Origin: Spirulina sp.
GTDB taxonomy: Bacteria > Cyanobacteriota > Cyanobacteriia > Phormidesmidales > Phormidesmidaceae
DNA: 64,000 nt
Direction of reading: 5' to 3'
Assembly (NCBI GenBank): GCA_044070495.1
Contig: JBIPSI010000009.1
Location: 64,001-128,000 of the forward strand
Shown: positions 1 through 9,416 of the stretch, one piece after another
Layout of the letters: every line of letters starts with the position of its first letter
How positions within the stretch are numbered: the first letter of the stretch is position 1
Notes under the pieces: model-generated
The model's input: the letters and a program-made list of their open reading frames with translations, nothing else
Databases searched by the model: none
Told to the model about the DNA's origin: nothing
Program-made: the position numbers and the translations under genes

Positions 1-430
1 CCCGTTCTAGGGCAATCACAATGGGCGTAAACAGCCAGGTGATGCCCCGGATAGGAATGGCAATAGCCAAGGCGATGGGGATGGCGTAGCGTTCGCCGAG
101 AATTTTCGGGAAAATTTCGCCAAAGAGAATCACCAGAAAAGTTAGCACCCCGGTAAACACCCCCAGCAGGGCATCGTTAAACACCGTAGCCGCAATGCCC
201 CCAATCAGGACGCTGCCCACAATGTTGAACAGGTTGTTGAGAATAACAATGGTGGCGATGGGGCGATTCACCCGCTGACGAATGGCCAAGAGCGCTAGAG
301 CGGGGGGCTTTTTCGATTCCGCCAGTTGTTGCGCCTTGAGGATGGGCACCGACAACAGGGCAACTTCGCTGCCAGAGCACAGCGCCGAGCCAACCAACAT
401 CACGACGATTGCGATTACCAGACTCAGCAT
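1..430 (-). CDS. CNNM/DUF21 (hemolysin/CorC-like) membrane protein, N-terminal part; runs off the left edge
   Basis: Manual minus-strand translation from ATG at 430 gives MLSLVIAIVVMLVGSALCSGSEVALLSVP...IATIVILNNLFNIVG...LVILFGEIFPK, which carries the DUF21 SGSE and GEIxPK motifs. Confidence 0.85.
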   Translation of the reverse strand, partial: MLSLVIAIVVMLVGSALCSGSEVALLSVPILKAQQLAESKKPPALALLAIRQRVNRPIATIVILNNLFNIVGSVLIGGIAATVFNDALLGVFTGVLTFLVILFGEIFPKILGERYAIPIALAIAIPIRGITWLFTPIVIALER

Positions 431-617
431 AGGTTCATTTGGGGCAGACCAACGGCGGGCAAAGACACTGTTATGATTCTTCTAATCTTACGCTCTTGGG
501 AGAACGGCGTTGACGTTGTTCGTCTGCCCTAGAGTAGTCCATCCCTACAACCTGCCTTAGGATAATGGTCAGTTCAGACCAGCCATCCCAGGGCTTGGGA
601 ATGGGTTAAAGCTTGCC

Positions 618-2543
618 ATGCCGAGGGCCATGTCATCACCACAGCCAATGAGCGATACTATTCTCGATGTCCGCCACCTCCAGGTTGAGTTTGAGGTGGA
701 TGGACGTATCATTCCGGCGGTTAACGATATTTCTTTCCAGGTGAAGCGGGGCCAAACCCTCGGCATTGTAGGGGAATCCGGCTCTGGCAAGTCCGTCACC
801 TCCCTGGCGGTGATGGGGCTAATTCCCTCGCCACCGGGACGCATTGTGGGCGGCGAAATCTGGTTTCAGTCCGCCAATGCTTCCCCAGACACCCCAGCGG
901 TGGATTTTTGCGCCCTCAGCGAAGACCAGCGGCAAGCCTACCGGGGTGGCCAAGTGGCGATGATTTTCCAGGAGCCGATGAGTTCCCTCAACCCGGTGTA
1001 TACCATTGGGTTTCAGCTTGTGGAAGCGATCCGCCAGCACCAAAATATCAGTAAAGAAGAGGCCCAAGGGCAGGCCACTGAACGCTTACAGGAGGTGAAA
1101 CTCCTACCCGATGTCGCCCAGCAGCGGACGGCCTTGCAGGCGGCCAATCCCCACCTGTCGGAAGTCGCGCTCACCACCCAGATTGAAGCCCAACAGCAGG
1201 CCATGTTAAACCGCTACCCCCACGAGCTATCGGGGGGGCAAATTCAGCGGGTGATGATTGCCATGGCGATTTCCGGTAATCCGGCGCTGCTGATTGCCGA
1301 CGAACCCACCACCGCCCTGGATGTCACCGTCCAAGCCACCATCCTCGACCTGCTGCGGGAACTGCGGGATCGGCGGGGCATGTCCCTCATCTTCATCACC
1401 CACGACCTGGGTATCATCGCCGAAATTGCCGACCAGGTGGCGGTGATGTACCAGGGGCAGATTGTCGAAACTGGCCCAGTGCTGGATATCTTTGCCAACC
1501 CCCAGCATCCCTACACCAAGGGGCTGCTGGCCTGTCGCCCTCGGCCCGATCAACGCCGTCGCCGCCTGCCCACCGTGGCCGACTTTATGACCACCGCCGT
1601 GGAACAGGGCCAGATCGCCATCCGCGAAACCGTTCTCGATGACGCCGCCCTGGCCCAGTTTTCGTCCCTCTCCGAGGCCGAATTAGAGACCCGCCGCCAA
1701 ACCCTCGCCGCCAGTGCCCCCCTGCTGGCGGTGGAGCATCTCAAGGTGGGCTATCCCATCCGGGGCGTATTTGGCAAAACCCAGCGCTACGTGATGGCCG
1801 TCAACGATGTGTCCTTTCAAATTCGCCAGGGGGAAACCTTTGGCCTGGTGGGAGAATCGGGCTGCGGCAAAACCACCCTGGGCCGTGCCCTGCTGCGGCT
1901 GGTGAACCCCCTTGGCGGCACCATCTGGTTTGAGGGGCGCGACGTACTAGCTCTCCAGGGTCAAGCCCTGCGTACCCTGCGCCGCGATATGCAAATCGTC
2001 TTCCAAGATCCCTACAGTTCCCTCGACCCCCGCATGAGTGTGGGGGCCGCCATTGCCGAACCGCTGAAAATTCACGGCGTGGTCAAAAGCAAACGCAATC
2101 AGCAGGAACGGGTGGCCTACCTGCTCGAACGGGTGGGCCTGCCCGCCGACTGCATGAACCGCTTCCCCCACGAATTTTCCGGGGGCCAACGCCAGCGAAT
2201 CTGCATTGCCCGCGCCCTGGCCCTCAACCCCAAATTTATTATTTGTGACGAGTCGGTTTCGGCCCTAGATGTCTCGGTACAGGCCCAGGTCTTGAACCTG
2301 CTGAAGGAACTCCAGGCCGAATTTGACCTCACCTATATCTTCATCTCCCACGACCTCGCGGTTGTGAAATTTATGAGTGATCGCATCATGGTGATGAACC
2401 GAGGCCAGGTGGAGGAAATCGGCCCCGCCGAGGCGGTCTATCGTCAACCCCAAACCCCCTACACCCAAAACCTGATCCAGGCTATTCCGGTGGGCAGCCT
2501 AGAGCGTATTCAGGAACTCCAGAAGGATCGCCTCGTTGCCTAG
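618..2543 (+). CDS. Dipeptide/oligopeptide-type ABC transporter ATP-binding protein with two fused ATPase domains
   Basis: Two Walker A motifs ([16 protein letters not shown]), signatures LSGGQ and [17 protein letters not shown]; the start may be 630 or 648. Confidence 0.95.
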   Translation: MPRAMSSPQPMSDTILDVRHLQVEFEVDGRIIPAVNDISFQVKRGQTLGIVGESGSGKSVTSLAVMGLIPSPPGRIVGGEIWFQSANASPDTPAVDFCALSEDQRQAYRGGQVAMIFQEPMSSLNPVYTIGFQLVEAIRQHQNISKEEAQGQATERLQEVKLLPDVAQQRTALQAANPHLSEVALTTQIEAQQQAMLNRYPHELSGGQIQRVMIAMAISGNPALLIADEPTTALDVTVQATILDLLRELRDRRGMSLIFITHDLGIIAEIADQVAVMYQGQIVETGPVLDIFANPQHPYTKGLLACRPRPDQRRRRLPTVADFMTTAVEQGQIAIRETVLDDAALAQFSSLSEAELETRRQTLAASAPLLAVEHLKVGYPIRGVFGKTQRYVMAVNDVSFQIRQGETFGLVGESGCGKTTLGRALLRLVNPLGGTIWFEGRDVLALQGQALRTLRRDMQIVFQDPYSSLDPRMSVGAAIAEPLKIHGVVKSKRNQQERVAYLLERVGLPADCMNRFPHEFSGGQRQRICIARALALNPKFIICDESVSALDVSVQAQVLNLLKELQAEFDLTYIFISHDLAVVKFMSDRIMVMNRGQVEEIGPAEAVYRQPQTPYTQNLIQAIPVGSLERIQELQKDRLVA

Positions 2544-2581
2544 GGCGGATCCCCTCCGTCCTAGCCCTACCATTCACAGCC

Positions 2582-2896
2582 CTAGTGGCTCCAGAACAGT
2601 TTTAGGTCTGCCTGGCGAGCTTTAGCGATGCGCTGGTCTTGGTAGTGAAGGTCTTCCAGCCAAGTTCTCAATTCAGCCTCAGAAACAAGGTAAACCGATT
2701 GTCCCGTGATTGGGTCGTAGGCATTCCAGGCGGGTTCTCCGTTCCCGCTCGAACTGGGCCATACCCTTGGTTCATCGGATACATCAAGATGGGCCATGAG
2801 GCTCTGCCACACCCGGCGCAGAGCCTGGGACAGAGTGGATTCCGAACGTCCATGACCGAGGGTTAACACGGGCCAATAGGCGGTATGCGCTTTCAT
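2582..2896 (-). CDS. Small cyanobacterial hypothetical protein (EPxVW...WxxYDPxTG...SExELRxWLE)
   Basis: 104 aa ORF with a strong RBS (AGGAGGTG on the minus strand, 2901-2908). Confidence 0.8.
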   Translation of the reverse strand: MKAHTAYWPVLTLGHGRSESTLSQALRRVWQSLMAHLDVSDEPRVWPSSSGNGEPAWNAYDPITGQSVYLVSEAELRTWLEDLHYQDQRIAKARQADLKLFWSH

Positions 2897-2934
2897 AATT
2901 CACCTCCTAAGTTTCTTTGTTTAGCTTAAATTTC

Positions 2935-2950
2935 TGTAGCCAAAAATACA
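2935..2950. promoter_or_regulatory. Putative NtcA box TGTA-N8-TACA
   Basis: tGTAgccaaaaaTACa matches the NtcA consensus and lies about 40 bp upstream of the 2896 start. Confidence 0.6.
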
Positions 2951-2958
2951 AAAACTCC

Positions 2959-2979
2959 TATTCATGGTCTACATGAATA
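2959..2979. promoter_or_regulatory. Perfect inverted repeat TATTCATG-N5-CATGAATA, candidate operator
   Basis: Read directly in the AT-rich promoter region. Confidence 0.5.
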
Positions 2980-3154
2980 AAATTGATGGATGTTGCCAAG
3001 GGAGGTTATCTAAGAATGAAGGCAGCGACCTAGGATCTCAGAGTCAACTCATCTCTGAGTTGCCACCTGATTGCCTGACACGGTATCTACACATTTAGCT
3101 ACGTTAGACCGCTACAGATGGTCTAGGGGCCATCCTTGGGTCAACGGGGGGAGT

Positions 3155-3838
3155 CTACCAGAGGCAAATTTTGGTGACGGCAATCTGCCCGCCAAAGCAA
3201 ACGGCTACGTCAGAGTTAGGGTCGTGGCGGCGGTCGCCGTACTGGCCAATGTAGTGAAACTGGTTGTTTTCAACCTTAAATTCCGTAGGTAGCGGCTGGG
3301 TACAGGGCGTACAAAAGACCATCTCTGGTTCCGGATCCTGGGGCTGGAGGTGGGGCAGATTCACGTTCCAGAAACAGCCGGGGGAAAGGGGTTCCGCCAT
3401 TAGGGTCTGGATGACCTTGGTGGCTAACTGGCTAGCCAAGCCCCAATCGATGGGTTGGCGGTTGCGGATGTAGTGGGAGATGGCAATGCCGGGAACCCGC
3501 AGCAGGGCCGCTTCTCTCACCGCCGCCACCGTGCCGGACAGGTAGAGATCCGCCCCCATATTGCCCCCGGCATTGATACCCGACAGTACCCAAGTCGCCT
3601 CAGGACACAGGTGCCCCAGGGCCACACGGGTACAGTCGGCGGGGGTGCCGCCAATGGCAAAGGCACGGTCATCGCGGGGGTCGATAAAAATAGGGCCGCC
3701 CCGGTTCATTTGGTGGCTACAGCCGGAGAGGTGCTGGTCTGGCGCAACCACCCAGGTGGGCTGATCGGCCATGGCATCGCGCAGGGCTTGAATACCGGGA
3801 GCGTCAATACCGTCGTCGTTGGTGAGAATGAAGGTCAT
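3155..3838 (-). CDS. surE: 5'/3'-nucleotidase SurE
   Basis: ILTNDDGIDAPG, GTPADC, SGINAGGN, SGTVAA motifs. Confidence 0.95.
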   Translation of the reverse strand: MTFILTNDDGIDAPGIQALRDAMADQPTWVVAPDQHLSGCSHQMNRGGPIFIDPRDDRAFAIGGTPADCTRVALGHLCPEATWVLSGINAGGNMGADLYLSGTVAAVREAALLRVPGIAISHYIRNRQPIDWGLASQLATKVIQTLMAEPLSPGCFWNVNLPHLQPQDPEPEMVFCTPCTQPLPTEFKVENNQFHYIGQYGDRRHDPNSDVAVCFGGQIAVTKICLW

Positions 3839-3952
3839 CGTAGGATTTCCCCCCTTTTTAGGGGGGCTAGGGGGGATCAGCCCTCAGCAAGGTTACGGTG
3901 AGGACTGATGGGTATTGAGTCGCCCAAAAGATCGGGGAGCCTTTAACCCATC

Positions 3953-4933
3953 CTAAACCAACCAGCGGGCCACATCCTTGGCGTGGTAGGTGAGGATCAG
4001 ATCGGCCCCGGAGCGCTTGAAGCTGGTCATGGTTTCCATCACGATCTTTTGCTCGTCTACCCAACCATTGAGGGCGGCGGCTTTGACCATGGAATATTCG
4101 CCGGAAACGTTGTAGGCGGCGACGGGTAGGTTAGTGGCTTCCTTCACCCGCCAGATGATATCCATGTAGGCCAGGGCAGGCTTCACCATCAGCATGTCGG
4201 CCCCTTCGGCGATGTCTAGCTCAATTTCCTTCAGGGCTTCGGTGCCGTTGGCCGGATCCATCTGGTAGGTGCGGCGGTCGCCAAACTGGGGGGCACTTTC
4301 CGCTGCATCTCGGAAGGGGCCATAGTAGGCGGAGGCGTACTTGGCGGCGTAGGACAGAATCGGGGTATCCTCAAAACCTGCGTCATCCAAGCCGCTACGA
4401 ATGGCCCGCACAAAGCCATCCATCATGCCGGAGGGGGCAATGATATCGGCCCCAGCCTTGGCCTGGGACACCGCCGTTTTTTTCAGCAGTTCCAGGGTGG
4501 GATCGTTCAGCACCCGTCCGCTGAGGTCGCCCACTTCCAGGTAGCCGCAGTGGCCGTGGGAGGTGTACTCGCACAGGCAGGTATCCACAATCACCAGCAG
4601 ATCAGGGACGGCTTCTTTCACCGCCGTGGTGGCCCTTTGCACAATGCCGCAATCGTGCCAGGCCCCGGTGGCATCGGTGTCTTTATCGGTAGGAATGCCA
4701 AACAAAATGATGGCGGGAATGCCGAGATCGTAGACTTCCTTGGCCTCCTCCACGATTTTGTCCACCGAAAGCTGATAGACCCCCGGCATGGAGGACACTT
4801 CCTTGGCCACCCCGTCCCCCGGCACCGCAAACAGCGGATAGATCAAATCCGCCTGGGTGACGATGTTCTCTCGCACCATGCGGCGAAGTTGGGGATGTTG
4901 GCGCAAACGGCGGGGACGATGGGTGGGGAACAT
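3953..4933 (-). CDS. hemB: Porphobilinogen synthase (delta-aminolevulinic acid dehydratase)
   Basis: RPRRLR N-terminus, [14 protein letters not shown] zinc site, SGMMDG, YGPFRDA, MVKP, YNVSGEY. Confidence 0.98.
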   Translation of the reverse strand: MFPTHRPRRLRQHPQLRRMVRENIVTQADLIYPLFAVPGDGVAKEVSSMPGVYQLSVDKIVEEAKEVYDLGIPAIILFGIPTDKDTDATGAWHDCGIVQRATTAVKEAVPDLLVIVDTCLCEYTSHGHCGYLEVGDLSGRVLNDPTLELLKKTAVSQAKAGADIIAPSGMMDGFVRAIRSGLDDAGFEDTPILSYAAKYASAYYGPFRDAAESAPQFGDRRTYQMDPANGTEALKEIELDIAEGADMLMVKPALAYMDIIWRVKEATNLPVAAYNVSGEYSMVKAAALNGWVDEQKIVMETMTSFKRSGADLILTYHAKDVARWLV

Positions 4934-5091
4934 GGGTGTGAGATGCCAGATCCGGCAGCGACAGAAACGTAAAGATATCTAAAACTAAACCGCTATTGGG
5001 GAACGAATACAAGCCATTGGTTACGTTCTGTAACCTGTCCTTTCCATCGCCGCACCCAGAACCCCAAGACCGTGGCAAGCCAAACCCAAAT

Positions 5092-5397
5092 CTACCGGGA
5101 ACGCGCTTGTCGCCCTGCCTTCGAGCGTACTTCCTCGCCCATCAAAAAGACCAGGTAAAACTGTCGCCGCAGGATTGGGATAGACCAACGTACATCGACG
5201 GGATGACGTTTGCGGGTGTTGGCCACCAAGGCCGTTTGTAGGGCCAATCGTTGCTCCTCGCTAAAGGAGGTTGCCACCTCTTGGGGCATGGCACTCAGCA
5301 AGCGTTCCAAGGCCCACTTTGCGCCCTCGCTGGTTGAATTGGGGGAAACAGACTGTCCTTGGGGTGTGGAATCTTGGGGTGTGGAATTCGGATTCAT
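5092..5397 (-). CDS. Small hypothetical protein (SFSEEQ...HPVDVRWSIP...FYLVFLMGEE)
   Basis: 101 aa ORF with an ATG start and a plausible RBS (GGAG). Confidence 0.7.
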   Translation of the reverse strand: MNPNSTPQDSTPQGQSVSPNSTSEGAKWALERLLSAMPQEVATSFSEEQRLALQTALVANTRKRHPVDVRWSIPILRRQFYLVFLMGEEVRSKAGRQARSR

Positions 5398-5660
5398 CAG
5401 TTTTCTCCACCGAACGATTATCAGCCTATCCAGGCTATCCCTGGATTACACCGTAGATCCCCCAAGGGACTGCGCTACTCCAACGCTGCCCCCAGGGATG
5501 GAACCCTAGGTCACAGCCTGAAGGTGCCCTGGATGGCCCCTCTAGATTATGAATCCCCAAAAACAAGAAAATTTCCCAGAAAAAAGATCGCGTTGCCGCT
5601 AAGGCTATGCTACTATTGATAACCGTGCTTGAGATTTAATTCTCACAGTGCAAATCAAAC

Positions 5661-5732
5661 GGGTCGCTAGCTCAGCGGTAGAGCACTCGGCTTTTAACCG
5701 ATTGGTCCTGGGTTCGAATCCCAGGCGACCCA
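5661..5732 (+). tRNA. tRNA-Lys (anticodon TTT)
   Basis: GGGTCGC/GCGACCC acceptor stem, D arm AGCTCAGCGGTAGAGC, anticodon loop CT-TTT-AA, T arm GGTTCGAATCC; CCA not encoded. Confidence 0.97.
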
Positions 5733-5822
5733 TTTTTCAAGCCTTTTTCTATCTTTTGCTTTTAATTGAGCGCAGGCATTGTTGCGGTTAAAGACCCTCG
5801 GCAGATCGCAAAGCTCACGCCA

Positions 5823-5862
5823 CCCTCACCTCCAACCCCTCTCCCACGAGGAGAGGGGAGCC
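5823..5862. repeat. Half copy of the CCCTCACC/CCCTCTCCC-GGAGAGGGG palindromic dispersed element
   Basis: ccctcacctccaacccctctcccacgaggagaggggag; similar to 7496-7586 and 55378-55474. Confidence 0.75.
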
Positions 5863-5873
5863 GATGGGATCAC

Positions 5874-6797
5874 CTAGGCCCCAATGGCGAGGGATGGCGA
5901 AGACTCGATCCAGTGGTCTAGAAAGGCTCTGGCGGCGGGAGAGAAGGCCTTATCCTGGCGATAGGCTAGCTGCCATTGCCCTTGGAGGGTGAGTTCCGGC
6001 ACAGACAACACCGTGAGATCGGTGTCGAGATCGGTGAGGGTGAAGGCGGGGAGGAGCGCAATGCCCAGGTTTGCCTTCACGCTGGCCTTAATGGATTCGT
6101 TGCAGCTCAGCTCAAAATTGCTGCGTAGGGCAAAGCCATGGGCCGCAAAGACGGTCTCTAGGCGCTGGCGGGTGCTCGATTCGGGTTCGCGCAGAATCCA
6201 GTTGGCCTTGGCCAAGTCGGCCAGGGTAAGGGTTTTGCGCTGGGCGAGGGGATGACGGCTGGAGGCCACCACCTGGAGCGGCGATTGGGCGTAGGGCAGG
6301 GTGGCCAAGTTCACCGAACTAGGGGGCAGGCTAAAGAGGTAGAAATCGTCTTCGTTGTGGCGCAACCGCTCCTGAAGTTCCGCGTCACTGCCCACATGGA
6401 GGGACACCTCTAGGCCAGGATATTCCTCTAGAAAGGGCTTAAATTGCTCCACCAAAAGGCACTTTCCACTTTCCACCGTGGCCAGTTTCACGGTGCCCGC
6501 TTCCACGCCCTGAAAGGCCAGCAGGGTTTGATCGAGATGCTGAAGCTGCCGCATCACCTGATGGCAGGTATTCAGCAGGGCTTCCCCCGCCGCCGTGAGG
6601 TGCAACTGCCGCCCAATGGTCTCCACCAGGGGCAGGCCCACGGTTTTCGAGAGTTGCTTAATCTGAATCGACACCGTGGGTTGGGTGAGATAGAGTTCGG
6701 CGGCGGCTTTGGTGTAGTTGCGATGCCGCGCCACCGCTTCAAAAACTTCCATTTGGTGCAGGGTAATTCCCTTGGTGCTGAGCAAGGATGCCGCCAT
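5874..6797 (-). CDS. LysR family transcriptional regulator (CbbR/CmpR/NdhR-like)
   Basis: TLHQMEVF...YTKAAAELYLTQPTVSIQIKQL HTH, ILREPESSTR, NESIKASV. Confidence 0.93.
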   Translation of the reverse strand: MAASLLSTKGITLHQMEVFEAVARHRNYTKAAAELYLTQPTVSIQIKQLSKTVGLPLVETIGRQLHLTAAGEALLNTCHQVMRQLQHLDQTLLAFQGVEAGTVKLATVESGKCLLVEQFKPFLEEYPGLEVSLHVGSDAELQERLRHNEDDFYLFSLPPSSVNLATLPYAQSPLQVVASSRHPLAQRKTLTLADLAKANWILREPESSTRQRLETVFAAHGFALRSNFELSCNESIKASVKANLGIALLPAFTLTDLDTDLTVLSVPELTLQGQWQLAYRQDKAFSPAARAFLDHWIESSPSLAIGA

Positions 6798-6953
6798 GGT
6801 TGAGCCGAGCTGTCAAAGGACTCCTTTACTTTAGCAACTTTTGTGTTTCTAAAGTAGCCCTTGCTCGAACCCTAGGGCGAATTAGCAGAACTCGGTTGGC
6901 TCGGTTCCCGTAACCTGCGCCATGATAGGACGTAGGTTTGTGGGGATTGTGCA

Positions 6954-7433
6954 ATGAATCGCTATGCCTTGGGTGGTGCCATTGGGCTATTGATGTTACT
7001 CGCTTTGTCTGGAATGGGGGGCTTGGATCGGCTGTTCCAGGGCAATGGGGCAGGGCGCGGCGACCTATCGGCGGCGGATGACACCCTAGGAACATTGCCC
7101 ATTGAACAGGCGGGGCAAGTGGTGCAGCGCCAAAGTTCTCCAACCCCAGGTATACCCGCCACGGGCACCAACATTCCCGGCACCCCAACCTCCGTTAGCG
7201 GCGACTTCCCCCCCACCAACGGAGGCTTTACGGCCCCGGCGGGCACCCCACCCACCCTCAACCCCACCCAACCCGGCATCCCCCAAAACGTCATTCCCCA
7301 ATCTGGCGGAGCGACAACTTTACCGGCCCAAGTGGGGGATATTGCCCCGGTACAGCCCGGTTTGGTGCAGCCCGATCCGGTTCCCCCAGTGACCGACGAT
7401 CCAGAACTAGAGTCGATTCCGGCCCTGTGGTAG
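6954..7433 (+). CDS. Pro/Gly/Thr-rich protein with an N-terminal signal or membrane anchor, ending IPALW
   Basis: 159 aa ORF with a hydrophobic N-terminus and a low-complexity body. Confidence 0.7.
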   Translation: MNRYALGGAIGLLMLLALSGMGGLDRLFQGNGAGRGDLSAADDTLGTLPIEQAGQVVQRQSSPTPGIPATGTNIPGTPTSVSGDFPPTNGGFTAPAGTPPTLNPTQPGIPQNVIPQSGGATTLPAQVGDIAPVQPGLVQPDPVPPVTDDPELESIPALW

Positions 7434-7495
7434 GGGTTCCCTGTGGTTAGTGGCTTTGATGGCGGGTTTCTGATCTATCGTTGAAACAACGAGCC

Positions 7496-7586
7496 GCCCT
7501 CACCCTAAATCCCTCTCCCATGGGGAGAGGGACTTTGAAGAATTCGGCCCCCCTCTCCCGTGGGGAGAGGGGTTGGGGGTGAGGGC
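7496..7586. repeat. Full double-hairpin palindromic dispersed element (GCCCTCACCC...GGGTGAGGGC)
   Basis: Terminal inverted repeats and two internal CCCTCTCCC/GGGAGAGGG hairpins. Confidence 0.85.
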
Positions 7587-7635
7587 CAATCCCACGCTTT
7601 CCGCAAACCTATCCCTTTGTTTCCCTTGCCTTGTG

Positions 7636-9216
7636 ATGTCTGCTGTACCGCCGAAACTTCGCCCCTACCAGGTTGAACTGATTAACGACCTCTACCGCAA
7701 GCTGAATGAGGGCCACAGGCGGGTGGCCATTGTGGCGGGAACGGGGGCCGGAAAAACAGTGATTAGCGGCCAAATTTGCGCCCACGCCGAAGCGGCGGGT
7801 AAGCGGCTGATGTTTTTGGTGCATTTAGACGTTCTGGTGGGCCAAACCTACGAAAAAATGAAATCCTTTGGCCTGCACTGCGGTTTCATCAAGGCGGGCT
7901 GGGAGGAAAACCGCGACGCCCCGATTCAGATTGCCAGCATTCAAACCATGGCCAAGCGCCGCTGGTGGAAGCAATGGCCCGCCGATGTAGTGTTCTACGA
8001 CGAGGGCCACATTACCCTCTTCAGCCAGGTGGGCAAGTCGGTGCTGAAGACCTTTCCCAACGCCACCCACCTGGTGATGACCGCCACCCCCGAACGCCTC
8101 GGCAAGGAACAACTGGGGGACGTGATGGATACCCTGGTGGCCTCCCCGGTGCCCAGCACCTTGCAGCACATGGGCTACCTAGCCCCGATGAAGTACTACA
8201 GTATGCCCCCCGATGGCGTTGCCAACCTAAAGGACGTAAAAACCGTCGGCGGCGACTACGACGAGGCGGGGCTGAAAAATGCCTGCGACCGTCCAGAACT
8301 GATTGAAAAAATTGTCACCGAATGGCAGCGCCTCTGCCCTGGCAAGCGCACCATCGCCTTTTGCGTCGATCTGGAACACGCCCGCCATGTGGCCAACGCC
8401 TTCAACGCCGCTGGCATCCCCGCCGCCACCGTGGAAGGAGGCACCCCCATCAAAGAACGCCAGCAGATGTATCAGGATCTGCGTCAAGAAAATATTCTGA
8501 TGCTGACCTCCTGCAATGTGATCAGCATCGGCTTCGATGAACCCAGCGTGGAGGTCGGTCTGCTGCTGCGGCCCACCCAATCCAGCGCATTGCACCTGCA
8601 ACAAATTGGCCGTGTGATGCGAATTTCGCCCCACACGGGCAAGGGCTACGGCATTATCCTCGACCAGGCCGGGAATCTGGAGCGGCTGGGCTTCCCCGAA
8701 GATATTAAGGACTACCACCTACCCGTGCAGGAATCTGGCGGCGGCGGTGGCAAACCGGCCCCCACCAAACCCTGCCCCCAGTGTGGTCGGGTGGTGCTGT
8801 CTTTCATCGCCAAATGCCCCGACTGCGGCCACCAGTGGATCACCGAACGGCCCCTCAACCTAGAGGACATGGTGGAAATCTACTCCGCCGTCCAGGCCCA
8901 CCAAATTACAGATCCATCGATTCTGAGAGATTTATTTCATAGCTGTCGCCGCCGTGCGTATAAACGACGGGATAAGCTTTCTTACGCTGACCATGCATTT
9001 TTTAATTACTGTGGGAAGCATCCACATCCAAGTTGGTATTTGGGATCCTTATTTGGTTCACATCCTAGCTTTGAACAAATGCAAACGTTTTATATCTACC
9101 TTTGTCAAAAAGCCAATAAGCATGGAGACTCCCAAGACTGGATCGTGCAGGAGTTTGAGAAAGAATGCGGCCCCGGTAGTTTTCAACGGCTGGCAGGATT
9201 TCGGCAGGCGATGTAG
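7636..9216 (+). CDS. SF2 DExH-box helicase (RadD/YejH-like) with a C-terminal zinc ribbon
   Basis: LRPYQ Q-motif, GTGAGKT, DEGH, TAT, QQIGRVMR, CPQC..CPDC. Confidence 0.9.
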   Translation: MSAVPPKLRPYQVELINDLYRKLNEGHRRVAIVAGTGAGKTVISGQICAHAEAAGKRLMFLVHLDVLVGQTYEKMKSFGLHCGFIKAGWEENRDAPIQIASIQTMAKRRWWKQWPADVVFYDEGHITLFSQVGKSVLKTFPNATHLVMTATPERLGKEQLGDVMDTLVASPVPSTLQHMGYLAPMKYYSMPPDGVANLKDVKTVGGDYDEAGLKNACDRPELIEKIVTEWQRLCPGKRTIAFCVDLEHARHVANAFNAAGIPAATVEGGTPIKERQQMYQDLRQENILMLTSCNVISIGFDEPSVEVGLLLRPTQSSALHLQQIGRVMRISPHTGKGYGIILDQAGNLERLGFPEDIKDYHLPVQESGGGGGKPAPTKPCPQCGRVVLSFIAKCPDCGHQWITERPLNLEDMVEIYSAVQAHQITDPSILRDLFHSCRRRAYKRRDKLSYADHAFFNYCGKHPHPSWYLGSLFGSHPSFEQMQTFYIYLCQKANKHGDSQDWIVQEFEKECGPGSFQRLAGFRQAM

Positions 9217-9416
9217 ACACCGTCCGAAAAACACGGATCCAGGAACTTAGGCGGTGAATTCTGGGCTTGGGCGGTTCCAGGGTTGACCTCGAATTCCTTC
9301 GAGGGCGGCTTTATACTAGCCATGGTGCCCAACCATAAAGTTTAGGCTCAGCGGAGCCCCATGGATGGGAAAAGACGTGGGAGAATAAACACCCTGTGCT
9401 CAATGGTAAGAACGGT

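Noticed and set aside
3044..3061. CAACTC-N6-GAGTTG hairpin downstream of surE as an ncRNA
   Set aside because: Short stem with no recognisable RNA family features; at most a weak terminator or operator
5661..5732. tRNA-Lys as an integration site for an island
   Set aside because: No integrase and no duplicate of the tRNA 3' end seen in the window; flanking genes look native
7573..7635. Upstream extension of the helicase ORF
   Set aside because: It begins inside the palindromic repeat; ATG 7636 just before the Q-motif is more plausible
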